64,000 nt of DNA from Burkholderiaceae bacterium. Lineage in GTDB: Bacteria; Pseudomonadota; Gammaproteobacteria; Burkholderiales; Burkholderiaceae_C. The stretch spans positions 1 through 64,000 of the forward strand of contig JAYRMR010000013.1 of assembly GCA_041912595.1 (NCBI GenBank), written 5' to 3'. Position numbers and translations under genes: made by a program. This document shows, piece after piece, positions 46,153-55,662 of this stretch. The notes beneath the pieces were generated by a model. The model was not told the DNA's origin. It ran no database searches and was given only the letters and a program-made list of their open reading frames with translations. The number at the start of each line of letters is the position of its first letter. Position 1 is the first letter of the stretch.

Positions 46153-46980
46153 ATGACCGCCTTCCCGCTCCTGACTGATCGCCCCGGGCGCCGCCTGGCC
46201 TGCCTCTGCGCAGGCCTGACGCTGACCGCCGCCGCCCTCGCGGGCCCCGAGCCCTGGGTCGGCACGGCCTATCTGCGCCAGGAGATCCGCCACACCTTCG
46301 AGGGCCAGACCTACGGCCTGGGCCGCCAGACCCTGGAAGGGCTCGTCGCCCAGTGCAATCTGGCGCGCAAGGAGGCCGGCCTGCCGGAGGTGCGCCCGCC
46401 GGAAGCGCTCATGGCCGGGCTCGATGTCGAGACGGTCGAGCGCTACTTCGACAACGGCCGCGCCCTGACCCGCCGCCAGGCTTACGGCCTCGTGCTGACC
46501 GACATGCGCCGCTGGATGGACGAGCGCTCCGCCCGGCCCGCGGTCCTCCCCGCCGTGCCGCCGGACTGCAGCGTCACCCGCAAGGTGGACAGCATCAGCA
46601 CCCTGCTCTGGAAGGACGGCATTCGCTACGAGCTGCGGGCCGACCGCAAGGACAGCGGCAGCCGCCGCCACGCCTCCCTCACCCCACGGCCGATGGGCCC
46701 GGCGCCGGACGGCAGCAGCCCCGACAGCGTCCATGGCCAGCCCTGCCTGCGCGTGCGGGTCAGCAGCCCGGTCGGCCAGGGCGACAGCTGCCTCTGGACC
46801 GGCTACCCGCTGCAGGACTACCTGAACTTCCCCTGGGCGCTCGCCTCGCACCGCGTCATCGGCATGGGCCCGCAGCCCATGGTCGAGGACGTCAAGACGC
46901 TGGAGATGACGGTCGGCCGGGCCAGCCCGCGCGGCCTGTTCGAGCTGCCCGCCGACGTCGACATCAAGATCCTGCCCTGA
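46153..46980 (+). CDS. Hypothetical secreted protein
   Basis: Signal peptide with Cys, 275 aa. Confidence 0.5.
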   Translation: MTAFPLLTDRPGRRLACLCAGLTLTAAALAGPEPWVGTAYLRQEIRHTFEGQTYGLGRQTLEGLVAQCNLARKEAGLPEVRPPEALMAGLDVETVERYFDNGRALTRRQAYGLVLTDMRRWMDERSARPAVLPAVPPDCSVTRKVDSISTLLWKDGIRYELRADRKDSGSRRHASLTPRPMGPAPDGSSPDSVHGQPCLRVRVSSPVGQGDSCLWTGYPLQDYLNFPWALASHRVIGMGPQPMVEDVKTLEMTVGRASPRGLFELPADVDIKILP

Positions 46981-46996
46981 GCGCCGCGCGCCGGGC

Positions 46997-47485
46997 TCAG
47001 TCCGGCCGCACCGCTTCCCAGACGCCGACCCACTCCTGCCGGGCGTCCGCGTGGTGCCCGACGAGGCGGAAGCCGGCCTTGGTGAGCACGCGCTGGGACG
47101 GCAGGTTCTCGGGCAGCACCTCGGCCCGCACGACCTGCACGCCGGCGGCCCAGGCCTCCTCGAGCATCAGGCGCACGGCGGCGGTGGCCAGGCCCTGGCC
47201 CTGCTGGCCGGGCGCGACCTGGTAGCCGATCTCCACGCGGCCCTCGCACGGCGCCCCCTTGAAGCTGATGTTGCCCAGGTAGCGGCCGTCGCTCGGCCGG
47301 CACATCATGCGGCTCGTGGCCCAGCAGGCATCGCAGCCCTGAGCCAGCAGGGCCAGGGCGCGCACATGCACGCGCTCGGGCGGCAGGGCGCCGGGCTCGA
47401 CGCGGTCCAGCCAGCCCTCGGGCCAGTCACCGGCCTCCAGCACGCGCAGCTGTTCCTGCGTCAGTCGTTCCAGTACGAGATCCAT
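46997..47485 (-). CDS. GNAT family N-acetyltransferase
   Basis: Motif A …QGQGLATAAVRLMLEEAW…. Confidence 0.7.
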   Translation of the reverse strand: MDLVLERLTQEQLRVLEAGDWPEGWLDRVEPGALPPERVHVRALALLAQGCDACWATSRMMCRPSDGRYLGNISFKGAPCEGRVEIGYQVAPGQQGQGLATAAVRLMLEEAWAAGVQVVRAEVLPENLPSQRVLTKAGFRLVGHHADARQEWVGVWEAVRPD

Positions 47486-47854
47486 GCCCGCATTGTGCGG
47501 CCCACGGCGCGACGGCCCGGAAGGCATGCGGGGGACGCGCATCCCGGCGGTCAGGCCGGCGGCCGGTTGCGGCGTGATCAGCCGCATGATCGGCCGCATG
47601 AATCGCCGCACGGACCGCCGCACGGACCGCCGTCCGAAATGGCCGCCCGAAATGGCCCAGGCCCCAGCACGCTTGTGGCGGCTGGGGCCTGGACTGCAGG
47701 GGGAAGGGCCTTCGTGGGCCGGGCCTGCTCCGCGGGGTCTTGGCCGGGCGGTGAGGAGGCTGCTGTTTGCAGTGAATCCAGTGTAGGCAGCCGCGTCGGG
47801 CAGAAAATTGCGAAGATGGCTCAATTTCAAGTCAGTTTGGCAGTAAATTCCAAT

Positions 47855-47868
47855 CAATCAACTGATTG
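47855..47868. promoter_or_regulatory. Inverted repeat CAATCA-N2-TGATTG in AT-rich promoter of the downstream Lrp/AsnC regulator gene
   Basis: Seen directly in the sequence. Sits about 10 bp upstream of the ATG at 47879, inside a locally low-GC stretch. Confidence 0.35.
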
Positions 47869-47878
47869 CGCAATCGAC

Positions 47879-48355
47879 ATGGAACTCGACCGCATTGACC
47901 GCCAGATTCTGGAGATCCTGCAGCAGGAAGGGCGCATCGCCAACCAGGACCTCGCGGACCGCGTCGGCCTCTCGCCCTCCCCCTGCCTGCGCCGCGTGCG
48001 GGCCCTGGAGGACAGCGGCCTGATCGCGGGCTACCGGGCCCTGCTCGACGCCCGCAAGCTCGGCCTGAGCCTGATGGCACTGGTGCACATCTCCATGGAC
48101 CAGCACACGCCGGAGCGCTTCGAGAACTTCGAGGCGTCCATCCGCGTGCTGCCCGAGGTGCTGGAATGCCTGCTGATCACCGGGCAGGCGGCGGACTACC
48201 AGCTCAAGGTCTGGGTCCGCGACATGGATCATTTCCAGAGCCTGCTGCTGGGCAAGCTGACCCGCATCGCGGGCGTCACGGGCGTGCACTCGAGCTTCGT
48301 GCTGCAGCACGTGATCACCCGCACGGCCCTGCCGCTCGATGCGGCGCAGGGCTGA
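47879..48355 (+). CDS. Lrp/AsnC family transcriptional regulator
   Basis: MELDRIDRQILEILQQEGRIANQDLADRVGLSPSPCLRRVRALE…, 158 aa. Confidence 0.85.
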   Translation: MELDRIDRQILEILQQEGRIANQDLADRVGLSPSPCLRRVRALEDSGLIAGYRALLDARKLGLSLMALVHISMDQHTPERFENFEASIRVLPEVLECLLITGQAADYQLKVWVRDMDHFQSLLLGKLTRIAGVTGVHSSFVLQHVITRTALPLDAAQG

Positions 48356-48459
48356 GGCGCGCCCGGTTCCCCCTTGACTGGGAGGGCTCCCCGGCGTCCG
48401 CGGGGCGCGGCGGCCTCTAGACTGCCGTCCGACACCCGTTCGTTCACCCAAGGATGCCC

Positions 48460-49308
48460 ATGCCGCCTTCTGCGACCGCCCTGCTGCCCGCCCGTCCCCT
48501 CCTGCGCCGCGCCGCCCGCGGCCTCGCCCGGACCCTCGGGGCCCTGGCCCTGTTCGGTGCCGGGATCGGCGGCACGGCCGCGGCCCAGGCACCCGTCCAG
48601 GCCCTGGCGCCCGAGCAGCTGCCGGACTTCCTCGCGGCCCATGAGATCGCCGTGGTGCAGTTCACCTCGCCGGATCCCAAGTGCGGCTACTGCGTCGGTG
48701 CGGACCGGCCCTTCGACCAGGTCGCCGCGCTCTCGGTCGATCCCCGGCGCGCCTATGCCCGGGTGCAGTGGCAGCCCTGGCGGCAGTTCCCGGCCTTCCC
48801 CGCCGGCATCCAGATCACCAAGATCCCCCTGATGCAGGTCTACGTGCGGGGGCAACTCGCCGGCCAGTACGACGGGCGGCCGAGCCATCCGAGCGACCTG
48901 TCGATGCGGGTGTGGGAGTCCGTGATGACGCTGCGCGCGGAGCAAAGCCCGCTGGAGCCGGGCAAGCCGCTCACGCCGGCCCAGCGGCGCCAGACCCAGG
49001 CCTTCGTCCGGGCCAGCCACCTGCATTCCCTGCTGATCGACTGCGCCCATCGCAGTCCGGAGCAGCTGCCGCTGTACCAGTCCGCGATGAAGCGGGGGCT
49101 CAAGCCCGTGCAGGCGGACCTGGAGGGCGCCATGCGCCTGAGCGACACGAACCCGGACCGCTGGCCCGAGCTGCCGGAGATTGCCCAGGCCTTGCTGAAG
49201 CAGCGCCAGGCCTGGATCAGCCGCACGCTGGGTCAGGCCGAGGCGCCGATGAACGAGCAGCGCTGCGTCAAGCTGGCGCAGGCCATCGACCAGTGGCCGA
49301 TGCCTTGA
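48460..49308 (+). CDS. Hypothetical secreted protein with thioredoxin-like CxxC (CGYC)
   Basis: Signal peptide; …VVQFTSPDPKCGYCVG…. Confidence 0.5.
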   Translation: MPPSATALLPARPLLRRAARGLARTLGALALFGAGIGGTAAAQAPVQALAPEQLPDFLAAHEIAVVQFTSPDPKCGYCVGADRPFDQVAALSVDPRRAYARVQWQPWRQFPAFPAGIQITKIPLMQVYVRGQLAGQYDGRPSHPSDLSMRVWESVMTLRAEQSPLEPGKPLTPAQRRQTQAFVRASHLHSLLIDCAHRSPEQLPLYQSAMKRGLKPVQADLEGAMRLSDTNPDRWPELPEIAQALLKQRQAWISRTLGQAEAPMNEQRCVKLAQAIDQWPMP

Positions 49309-49326
49309 CGGCATCAGCGCCCGGGG

Positions 49327-50664
49327 TCAGGTCTTGAGCTCGCCCCCGGCGGACGGGGCCGGCTCCACCACCACGCGGGCGTAGCGCTGGAAGCTCCAGT
49401 AGGCCCAGGCCCAGTCCATCAGCACGACCAGGCGGTTGCGGAAGCCGATCAGGAAGTAGATGTGGACGAAGAGCCAGAACAGCCAGGCCGCGTAGCCCGA
49501 GAACTGCAGCCAGCCGAGGTCGGCCACCGCCGCCTTGCGGCCGATGGTGGCCAGCGCGCCGTAGTCGCGGTAGCGGAAGGGGCGCAGCTGGGCCTCGCGG
49601 CCGCGCAGGCGGGCGAGGATGCTGGCGGCGGCATGGGCGCCCATCTGCTTGGCGGCGGGGCTCACGCCGGGCACGGGCCGGGTGCGGCCATCGGTCTCTT
49701 GGCTCTGCGCGGCGGCCAGATCGCCGATGACGAAGACCTCCGGATGCCCGGGAATGCCCAGCAGGCCGTCGACCGTCACCCGGCCGGCCCGGTCCAGCGG
49801 CACGTCCAGCAGGCGTCCGAGCGGCGAGGCCGCCACGCCCGCGGCCCAGACCACCGTGTGCGCCGGGATGCGCCAAGGCGCGCCGCCGCCGTCCGGCTGC
49901 ACGTCCACGCCCTCGGCGTCGATGCCCACCACGCGGCAGCGCGTCCGCACCTCGACGCCCAGCCCCTGCAGCTGCTGCTCCGCCCGGGCCGACAGCGCCG
50001 GGGGCAGCGCCTGCAGCACGCGCTCCGAGCCCTCCAGCAGCAGCACGCGCGCGCCCGCCGGATCGATGCGGCGGAACTCGTCCCGCAGCGTGTGGTGGGC
50101 GATCTCCGCCAGCGTGCCGGCCATCTCCACGCCCGTCGGGCCACCGCCGATGACGACGAAGCTCAGCAGGGCCGCCTGCCGCGCCGGATCGGGCGCCAGC
50201 TCGGCCTGCTCGAAGGCCTTGAGCACGCGGGCGCGCAGCCGGAAGGCATCCTCCAGCGTCTTCAGCCCCGGCGCGTGGGCCGCCCACTCGTCGCGCCCGA
50301 AGTAGCTGTGCGTGGCACCGGCGGCGAGGATCAGGAAGTCGTAGCCCAGCACCTGCCCGTCGGCCAGCGTCACGCAGCGCCGGGTCTTGTCGATGCCGCT
50401 GACTTCCGCCATCAGCACCGTGACGTTGCGCTGGCGGCGCAGCATGTGACGGATGGGCGCCGCGATCGACGGCGCCGACAGCCCCGCCGTCGCGACCTGG
50501 TACAGCAGCGGCTGGAACAGGTGGTGGTTGCTGCGGTCCACCAGGGTGATGTCGACCGGCGCCCCGGCCAGCGCGCGCGTCGCCGCGAGGCCCCCGAAGC
50601 CACAACCGACGATGAGCACCCGAGGGCGGGTGGACGAAGTGGAGCCTGCGAGATGGGTGTCCAT
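49327..50664 (-). CDS. ndh: Type II NADH:quinone oxidoreductase (NDH-2)
   Basis: Two GxGxxG dinucleotide-binding motifs (VLIVGCGFGGLAA, VVIGGGPTGVEMAG) and a C-terminal amphipathic membrane anchor. Confidence 0.85.
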   Translation of the reverse strand: MDTHLAGSTSSTRPRVLIVGCGFGGLAATRALAGAPVDITLVDRSNHHLFQPLLYQVATAGLSAPSIAAPIRHMLRRQRNVTVLMAEVSGIDKTRRCVTLADGQVLGYDFLILAAGATHSYFGRDEWAAHAPGLKTLEDAFRLRARVLKAFEQAELAPDPARQAALLSFVVIGGGPTGVEMAGTLAEIAHHTLRDEFRRIDPAGARVLLLEGSERVLQALPPALSARAEQQLQGLGVEVRTRCRVVGIDAEGVDVQPDGGGAPWRIPAHTVVWAAGVAASPLGRLLDVPLDRAGRVTVDGLLGIPGHPEVFVIGDLAAAQSQETDGRTRPVPGVSPAAKQMGAHAAASILARLRGREAQLRPFRYRDYGALATIGRKAAVADLGWLQFSGYAAWLFWLFVHIYFLIGFRNRLVVLMDWAWAYWSFQRYARVVVEPAPSAGGELKT

Positions 50665-50768
50665 GCGGCACATTGTGCGCCGCAGCAATCGCCCGTGCCC
50701 GCGCCCGGACATGCCGGGTCGGCATGGGCGCGCAGCCGGCGTGCATGGGCGGGCCGGCCCGCCGCTCG

Positions 50769-51602
50769 CTAGGGCGCGGACGCCGGGGGCGGGTTCGCTG
50801 GAGAATGTGCCGGCGGATGCGCCTGTGCCCAGCCCATCCAGGCCCTCGCCAGGGCCAGCACCGCCGTGGGGCGGCCGTCCAGGCCCTGCAGGGGCAGGGC
50901 GACGTCCGCGCCGTCGCCGTCCCAGCGGATGGCCAGCGCCGTCCACCGCGCCCCCGCGCCCCGCCGCTTCAGCACGGCCGCGCGTCGCGCGGGGTGCAGC
51001 GCCACCAGCAGGCGCGCGCCTTCGAGCTGCACCTCCTGGATGTCGGTCCAGGCGATCGGCGGGCGGCCGCCGCGCACGTCCTGCAGCCCGTCGGGGCCGA
51101 GCACGAGGCGCGGGTCACGGTGCGGGCGCCAGAGCAGCCAGCGCAGCAGGGCGAGCAGCACGAACAGCATCGGCAGACCGGTGAGCATCCAGCGCACGCG
51201 GCCCAGCACCGGCTCCAGGGTGACGTGCATCAGCGCCACGGACGCGCCACAGGCCAGCAGCGCCGCCAGGCCCGCCAGGCGCCGGCCCATCCCGCGCGGC
51301 CGCTCGTGCAGTTGCAGGCGGGGCGGCTGCTCGCGCGGCAGCGGGGCGGTGTCCTGCCACTGCCGGGCGTCGGGGGCCAGCGTGATGCGCCACAGGGACC
51401 AGGCCCCCCACAGGCAGAAGCCGCCGCCCAGCATCCAGCCCACGAAGCGCAAGGCAAAGCCCAGCGGCTGCGCCTGCCAGGTGACGACGTGGTCGAAGTG
51501 CCCCTGGTGCAGCCCGCGCAGACCGATGAAGCCCAGGCACAGCCCGAAGACCGCGATCGTGAGCAAGCCCACGGCGTCACGCGCCGGCGCGGCACTGCTC
51601 AT
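50769..51602 (-). CDS. Hypothetical membrane protein
   Basis: Four predicted TM helices. Confidence 0.45.
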   Translation of the reverse strand: MSSAAPARDAVGLLTIAVFGLCLGFIGLRGLHQGHFDHVVTWQAQPLGFALRFVGWMLGGGFCLWGAWSLWRITLAPDARQWQDTAPLPREQPPRLQLHERPRGMGRRLAGLAALLACGASVALMHVTLEPVLGRVRWMLTGLPMLFVLLALLRWLLWRPHRDPRLVLGPDGLQDVRGGRPPIAWTDIQEVQLEGARLLVALHPARRAAVLKRRGAGARWTALAIRWDGDGADVALPLQGLDGRPTAVLALARAWMGWAQAHPPAHSPANPPPASAP

Positions 51603-52300
51603 GGCGCCCGCCCGATCACCGCCACCTGCACGTCCGCCCGCCAGCGGAAGCCCAGGCTCTCGTACAGGGCGATCGCGGCGGTATTGCTCCGCCAGGCATG
51701 CAGAAACGGGCGCTCGCCGCGCGCCTCGATCTGCCGGGCCACCGCCGCGGACAGCTGCCGCGCCAGCCCCCGGCCGCGGAAGTCGGGGTGGGTGCAGACG
51801 CCGCTGACTTCCGTGTGCCCGTCGAGGCGCATGCGCTCGCCCGCCATCGCGGCCAGCCGGCCGTCGATGCGCACCCCGAGGAAGCGGCCCATGCGATGCG
51901 TCTGGGCGAGGAAGGGGCCGGGCTGGGTGAGCTCGGCGAGCGCAAGCATCTCGGCGGCATCGGCCTCCCCGAGCGCCTGCAGACCGGGCGGTGCGGGCTC
52001 GTCCTGCAGCGAGCGGGTGGCCAGCATCTGGACGCCCGCGGCCTCCTTGAGCGCCACGGCGCCCGGCGGCAGGCAGATCGCCGGCACCTGCAGCAGGTAC
52101 AGGGTGCCCGTCGGCGGCTGCAGCGCGGCCAACGCCTGCAGGGCCGGCGGGCTGTCGTCGGCGGCGGCCGCGAAGAGGTGGATCGCCGGCTGGTAGCGGC
52201 GCGCCAGGGCACCGCCGAGGGCCAGGTCTTGCTGGGGTCCCATCAGGCTGTGCCAGACGGGCCGATCCAGCGGATGCTCGGCAGACGGAGACGAGGACAT
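51599..52300 (-). CDS. GNAT family N-acetyltransferase
   Basis: C-terminal GNAT motif …RGRGLARQLSAAVARQIEARGERPFLH…. Confidence 0.7.
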   Translation of the reverse strand: MSSSPSAEHPLDRPVWHSLMGPQQDLALGGALARRYQPAIHLFAAAADDSPPALQALAALQPPTGTLYLLQVPAICLPPGAVALKEAAGVQMLATRSLQDEPAPPGLQALGEADAAEMLALAELTQPGPFLAQTHRMGRFLGVRIDGRLAAMAGERMRLDGHTEVSGVCTHPDFRGRGLARQLSAAVARQIEARGERPFLHAWRSNTAAIALYESLGFRWRADVQVAVIGRAP

Positions 52301-52390
52301 GCGGCGAGGCTCCAGAGGTGGCGGTCTGCGCCGCAGCCTAGCAGAGCGCGACGCAACCGGCCCTGGAGCCAGCCCGGGGCGGGGCGCGTT

Positions 52391-55300
52391 TCAGCTGCCG
52401 AGCCGGTCCCGGCTGCGCCGCACGGCCAGGCCGGCAGGCGGCTGGCCCAGCCACCAGTCCTTGGGCAGGCGCATCGGCGTCAGGCCATCGGCCCGCTCGA
52501 CGCCGACGTGGCCGTCGCGCCCCTGCGCCTTGGCGGCGTAGAGCGCCACATCGGTGAGGGCCAGCGTGGCGGCCCAGTCCCAGGCCCGCGGCTGCCGCGG
52601 ATCCAGCGGGAAGGCGCACCAGCCCAGCGACACGGTCACGGGGATCTGCCGGCCGTCGCCGATGTCGAAGGGGCGCTCGCGCATGACGGCGCAGGCGCGC
52701 TCGGCGAGCTCGGCGGCCTTGGCCCGGCTGCTGTCGCGCACGACGACGAGCACCTCCTCGCCGCCCCAGCGCACGAGCGAGTCCGTGCCCCGGAAGACGC
52801 GGCGCAGGCGCTCGGCCAGCTGCACGAGCACCGCATCGCCGGCCCCGTGGCCGTAGATGTCGTTCACGCGCTTGAAGTAGTCGAGGTCCAGCAGCATCAG
52901 CAGTAAGTCGCTGTCCGGGCCCGGCTCGACGCCCTCGGTCTCGAAGCGGCGCAGGCACAGGTTGAGGTCGTCCTGCAGGCGCAGGGCCAGGTAGCGGCGG
53001 TTGCGCAGGCCGGTCAGCGTGTCGGTGAGGCTGGCCTCGCGCAGCTCCGAGGTGCGGGCATCCACCAGGGCGCGCAGCTCGACCTCGCGGTGGCGCAGCC
53101 GGCGCGTGCGCCACTGCACAAAGCCCCAGAAGGACAGCAGCACCAGCACACCGGCGCCGGCCCGCGCCCACCACGTCTGCCACCAGGCCGGCAGCAGCTC
53201 GAGGGGCAGGTCCAGCGTGCCGACGAGCCCTGGGCCCTGCACCGGCGTCGCGCGCACCTGCAGCACGTAGCGGCCCGGCTTGAGCGGCCCGAAGCTGGGG
53301 CTGCGGGCGCTGGCGTCCACGCGGGTCCAGTCGGCATCCTGACCCTGCAGGCGGTACTGGTAGCGCAGGCGCTGCGGGTCGGCGTAGTCCAGCCCCGCGA
53401 ACTCGACGGTCAGCGTCCGCAGGTCCGGCTTCAGCACCAGGCCGTCCTGCAGGCGCTCGGGGTGGTAGGGCTGGCCGTTGACCCGCAGACCGCTGATGAC
53501 CATGGGCAGCGAGCCCTGGGCCGGCGCATAGGCCTCCGGCTGGATGCGCAGCAGGCCGCGGCTGCCGCCGAAGAGCAGCCCGCCGCCCGGCAGCTCGCAG
53601 GAGGCGAAGAACCAGAAGCTGCCGAAGAAGGCGCCCTCCGCAGGGCCGAAGGCGTCGATACGGTCGGCGCGCGGGTCATAGACGTAGAGCTGACTCCAGA
53701 TGCGGCCCTGCGCGTCCTCGTGCAGATTGCCGCCGAACACGCCGTCGAGCTCGTGCCGCTCGCTGATGCGCTCGAAGCGCGAGCGGCCCTGGGCATCCAG
53801 GCCGACGCGGCGGTGCAGGCCGCTCACGGGGGTGTCCACCCACAGCGTGCCATCGCGCGCCCACAGCAGGCCCATCACGATGGGGCTGCCCAGCGATGCC
53901 TCGGGCGCCTGCGCCAGCCGCTGCAGGCCCTGCGGCCCTTCGGCAAACAGGCCCTGCTGCCCGCCGACCCACAGCGCCCGGCGGCCCGGCTCCTCGCGCA
54001 GTGCATAGATGCCGCCCTGCAGCGCCTCGCCTCCGGCCAGGGTCACGCGCTCCAGCCCGGCGGCCTGCGGCGACGCGAGGCGGTACAGCCCTTCCTGCAT
54101 GCCCAGCCACACCTCGCCCGTCGAGCGGATCAGCAGCTGCTGCGCCCGCCCGCCGTCCAGCGGCCAGTCCCGCAGCAGGCGGCCCTCCGCGGTGCGATGC
54201 TCCAGCCGGCCGGCCGAGGCCAGCCAGACGCTGCCGTCCGGCGCCTGGTTCAGGGACTCCACCACGCCGCTGCGCTCCCGGGGCCAGACGCCCCGCGTCG
54301 CCAGCGACTGCCCGGGGCGGCCATCGAGCCGCGCGACCGGGCCGAGCTGCGTGGGCGCCAGGATCTCGCCGTTCTGCAGGCGCAGCAGGGCGCGCACGTC
54401 CGCCTCGCGCAGCGGGCTGTCCGGGGTCGTGTCCGGGCCGCGCACCGCCAGGGCGGGATGCCCCTGGTGGCGCTGCAGGCCCAGGCCGTAGCCGCTCACC
54501 CACATCACGCCCCACTGGTCGCGCAAGAGGCCGCTGATGTCATTGCCGGCCAGACCGCGCAGATGCCGCGGGTCGTGGCGCAGCCAGGTCTCGATGCTGC
54601 CGCGGTTCGGATCCACCCACAGCAGCCCCGCCTTGCCGCCGACCCAGATGCGGCCGTCCTCGGCCTGCGCCAGCGCCTGGATCGGCGCCTTCAGGTCCTG
54701 CACCCAGCGCAGCTGGCCCTGCTCGACCACGCCCAGGCGCCCGTCCTGCGTGCCGAACCACAGGCGGCCGTCGCGGTCCTCGGCGAGCGCGAGCACCGTG
54801 CCCTCGTCCCGCCCGCCCGGCAGCGGCACCGTCACCCAGGCGTCGCCCTGGCGGCGCGCCAGACCCCGCCAGTGCCCGGCCCAGACCGTGCCGTCCCGTG
54901 TGATGGCGAGTGCCGTCACGCGCGGCTCCGGCTCGCCCTTGAATCGCAGGTCCTGGCGCTCGAAGCGCTGCTGCTGCGGAAGATAGTGCTGCAGGCCCTG
55001 GCCCACCGTGCCCATCCAGACGCTGCCATCCGGGGCCTCGGCCAGCGCCCGGATCGGCGCATGGGCGCGCCCCTGCCCCTGGGCGCTGCCCAGCGGATGC
55101 AGGCGGTCCTGCTGCGGGTCATAGACCATCAGCCCCTGGAACTCGGTGCCGATCCACATGCGCCCGTCACGGGACGCGGCCAGCGCGCGCACCCAGCCCA
55201 GGTTGCGCTCGGCCGTGGTGTGGCCGTCCTGCTCGATGGGGCGCAGCCGGTAGCCGTCGTAGCGGGCCAGCCCCTTGACCGTCGCCACCCAGATGAAGCC

Positions 55301-55468
55301 GGCGCGGTCCTGTGCCAGCGTGGGCACGGAGTTCTGAGGCACCTCGATGCTGCGGAACTGCGCGTCAAGCACCTCCCCCGCGAAAGCGGGCGAGGCCAGC
55401 AGACCGGTCCCCTGAAGGCCCATCCACAGGAACAGCAGCGCGGACAGGCGCAGAACAGCTCGGTGCAT
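52391..55468 (-). CDS. Membrane sensor diguanylate cyclase (periplasmic two-component-regulator β-propeller + Y_Y_Y domain + TM + GGDEF)
   Basis: 1026 aa. Repeated Reg_prop motifs (IWVATVKGLARYDG, MWIGTEFQGLMVYD, VWMGTVGQGLQHY…), one TM helix, then a GGDEF domain (…RWGGEEVLVVV…). Confidence 0.85.
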   Translation of the reverse strand: MHRAVLRLSALLFLWMGLQGTGLLASPAFAGEVLDAQFRSIEVPQNSVPTLAQDRAGFIWVATVKGLARYDGYRLRPIEQDGHTTAERNLGWVRALAASRDGRMWIGTEFQGLMVYDPQQDRLHPLGSAQGQGRAHAPIRALAEAPDGSVWMGTVGQGLQHYLPQQQRFERQDLRFKGEPEPRVTALAITRDGTVWAGHWRGLARRQGDAWVTVPLPGGRDEGTVLALAEDRDGRLWFGTQDGRLGVVEQGQLRWVQDLKAPIQALAQAEDGRIWVGGKAGLLWVDPNRGSIETWLRHDPRHLRGLAGNDISGLLRDQWGVMWVSGYGLGLQRHQGHPALAVRGPDTTPDSPLREADVRALLRLQNGEILAPTQLGPVARLDGRPGQSLATRGVWPRERSGVVESLNQAPDGSVWLASAGRLEHRTAEGRLLRDWPLDGGRAQQLLIRSTGEVWLGMQEGLYRLASPQAAGLERVTLAGGEALQGGIYALREEPGRRALWVGGQQGLFAEGPQGLQRLAQAPEASLGSPIVMGLLWARDGTLWVDTPVSGLHRRVGLDAQGRSRFERISERHELDGVFGGNLHEDAQGRIWSQLYVYDPRADRIDAFGPAEGAFFGSFWFFASCELPGGGLLFGGSRGLLRIQPEAYAPAQGSLPMVISGLRVNGQPYHPERLQDGLVLKPDLRTLTVEFAGLDYADPQRLRYQYRLQGQDADWTRVDASARSPSFGPLKPGRYVLQVRATPVQGPGLVGTLDLPLELLPAWWQTWWARAGAGVLVLLSFWGFVQWRTRRLRHREVELRALVDARTSELREASLTDTLTGLRNRRYLALRLQDDLNLCLRRFETEGVEPGPDSDLLLMLLDLDYFKRVNDIYGHGAGDAVLVQLAERLRRVFRGTDSLVRWGGEEVLVVVRDSSRAKAAELAERACAVMRERPFDIGDGRQIPVTVSLGWCAFPLDPRQPRAWDWAATLALTDVALYAAKAQGRDGHVGVERADGLTPMRLPKDWWLGQPPAGLAVRRSRDRLGS

Positions 55469-55662
55469 GGGGGCGGATGATAAGCAAGCGACGTGGCCGG
55501 CGCCGGCGCGCGCCCGATTGCCCTGCGAAGAATTCCGCGGGACGGCGGGGCGGCCCGGCCGGCCGGCGCGGGCAGGGTCGCTCTTCGCACGGGCTTGTCC
55601 GGGATTCGCACAGATCGGCTGCCGGGCGCGGCGCCCGGAGCGGCCGGCGCTCACACCGGGAT

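Noticed and set aside
47560-47660. Short direct repeats (CCGCACGGAC×2; GAAATGGCCGCCC×2) suggesting a mobile-element end or REP element
   Set aside because: Only two copies each, with no inverted terminal repeats, transposase or target duplication. Treated as low-complexity spacer.
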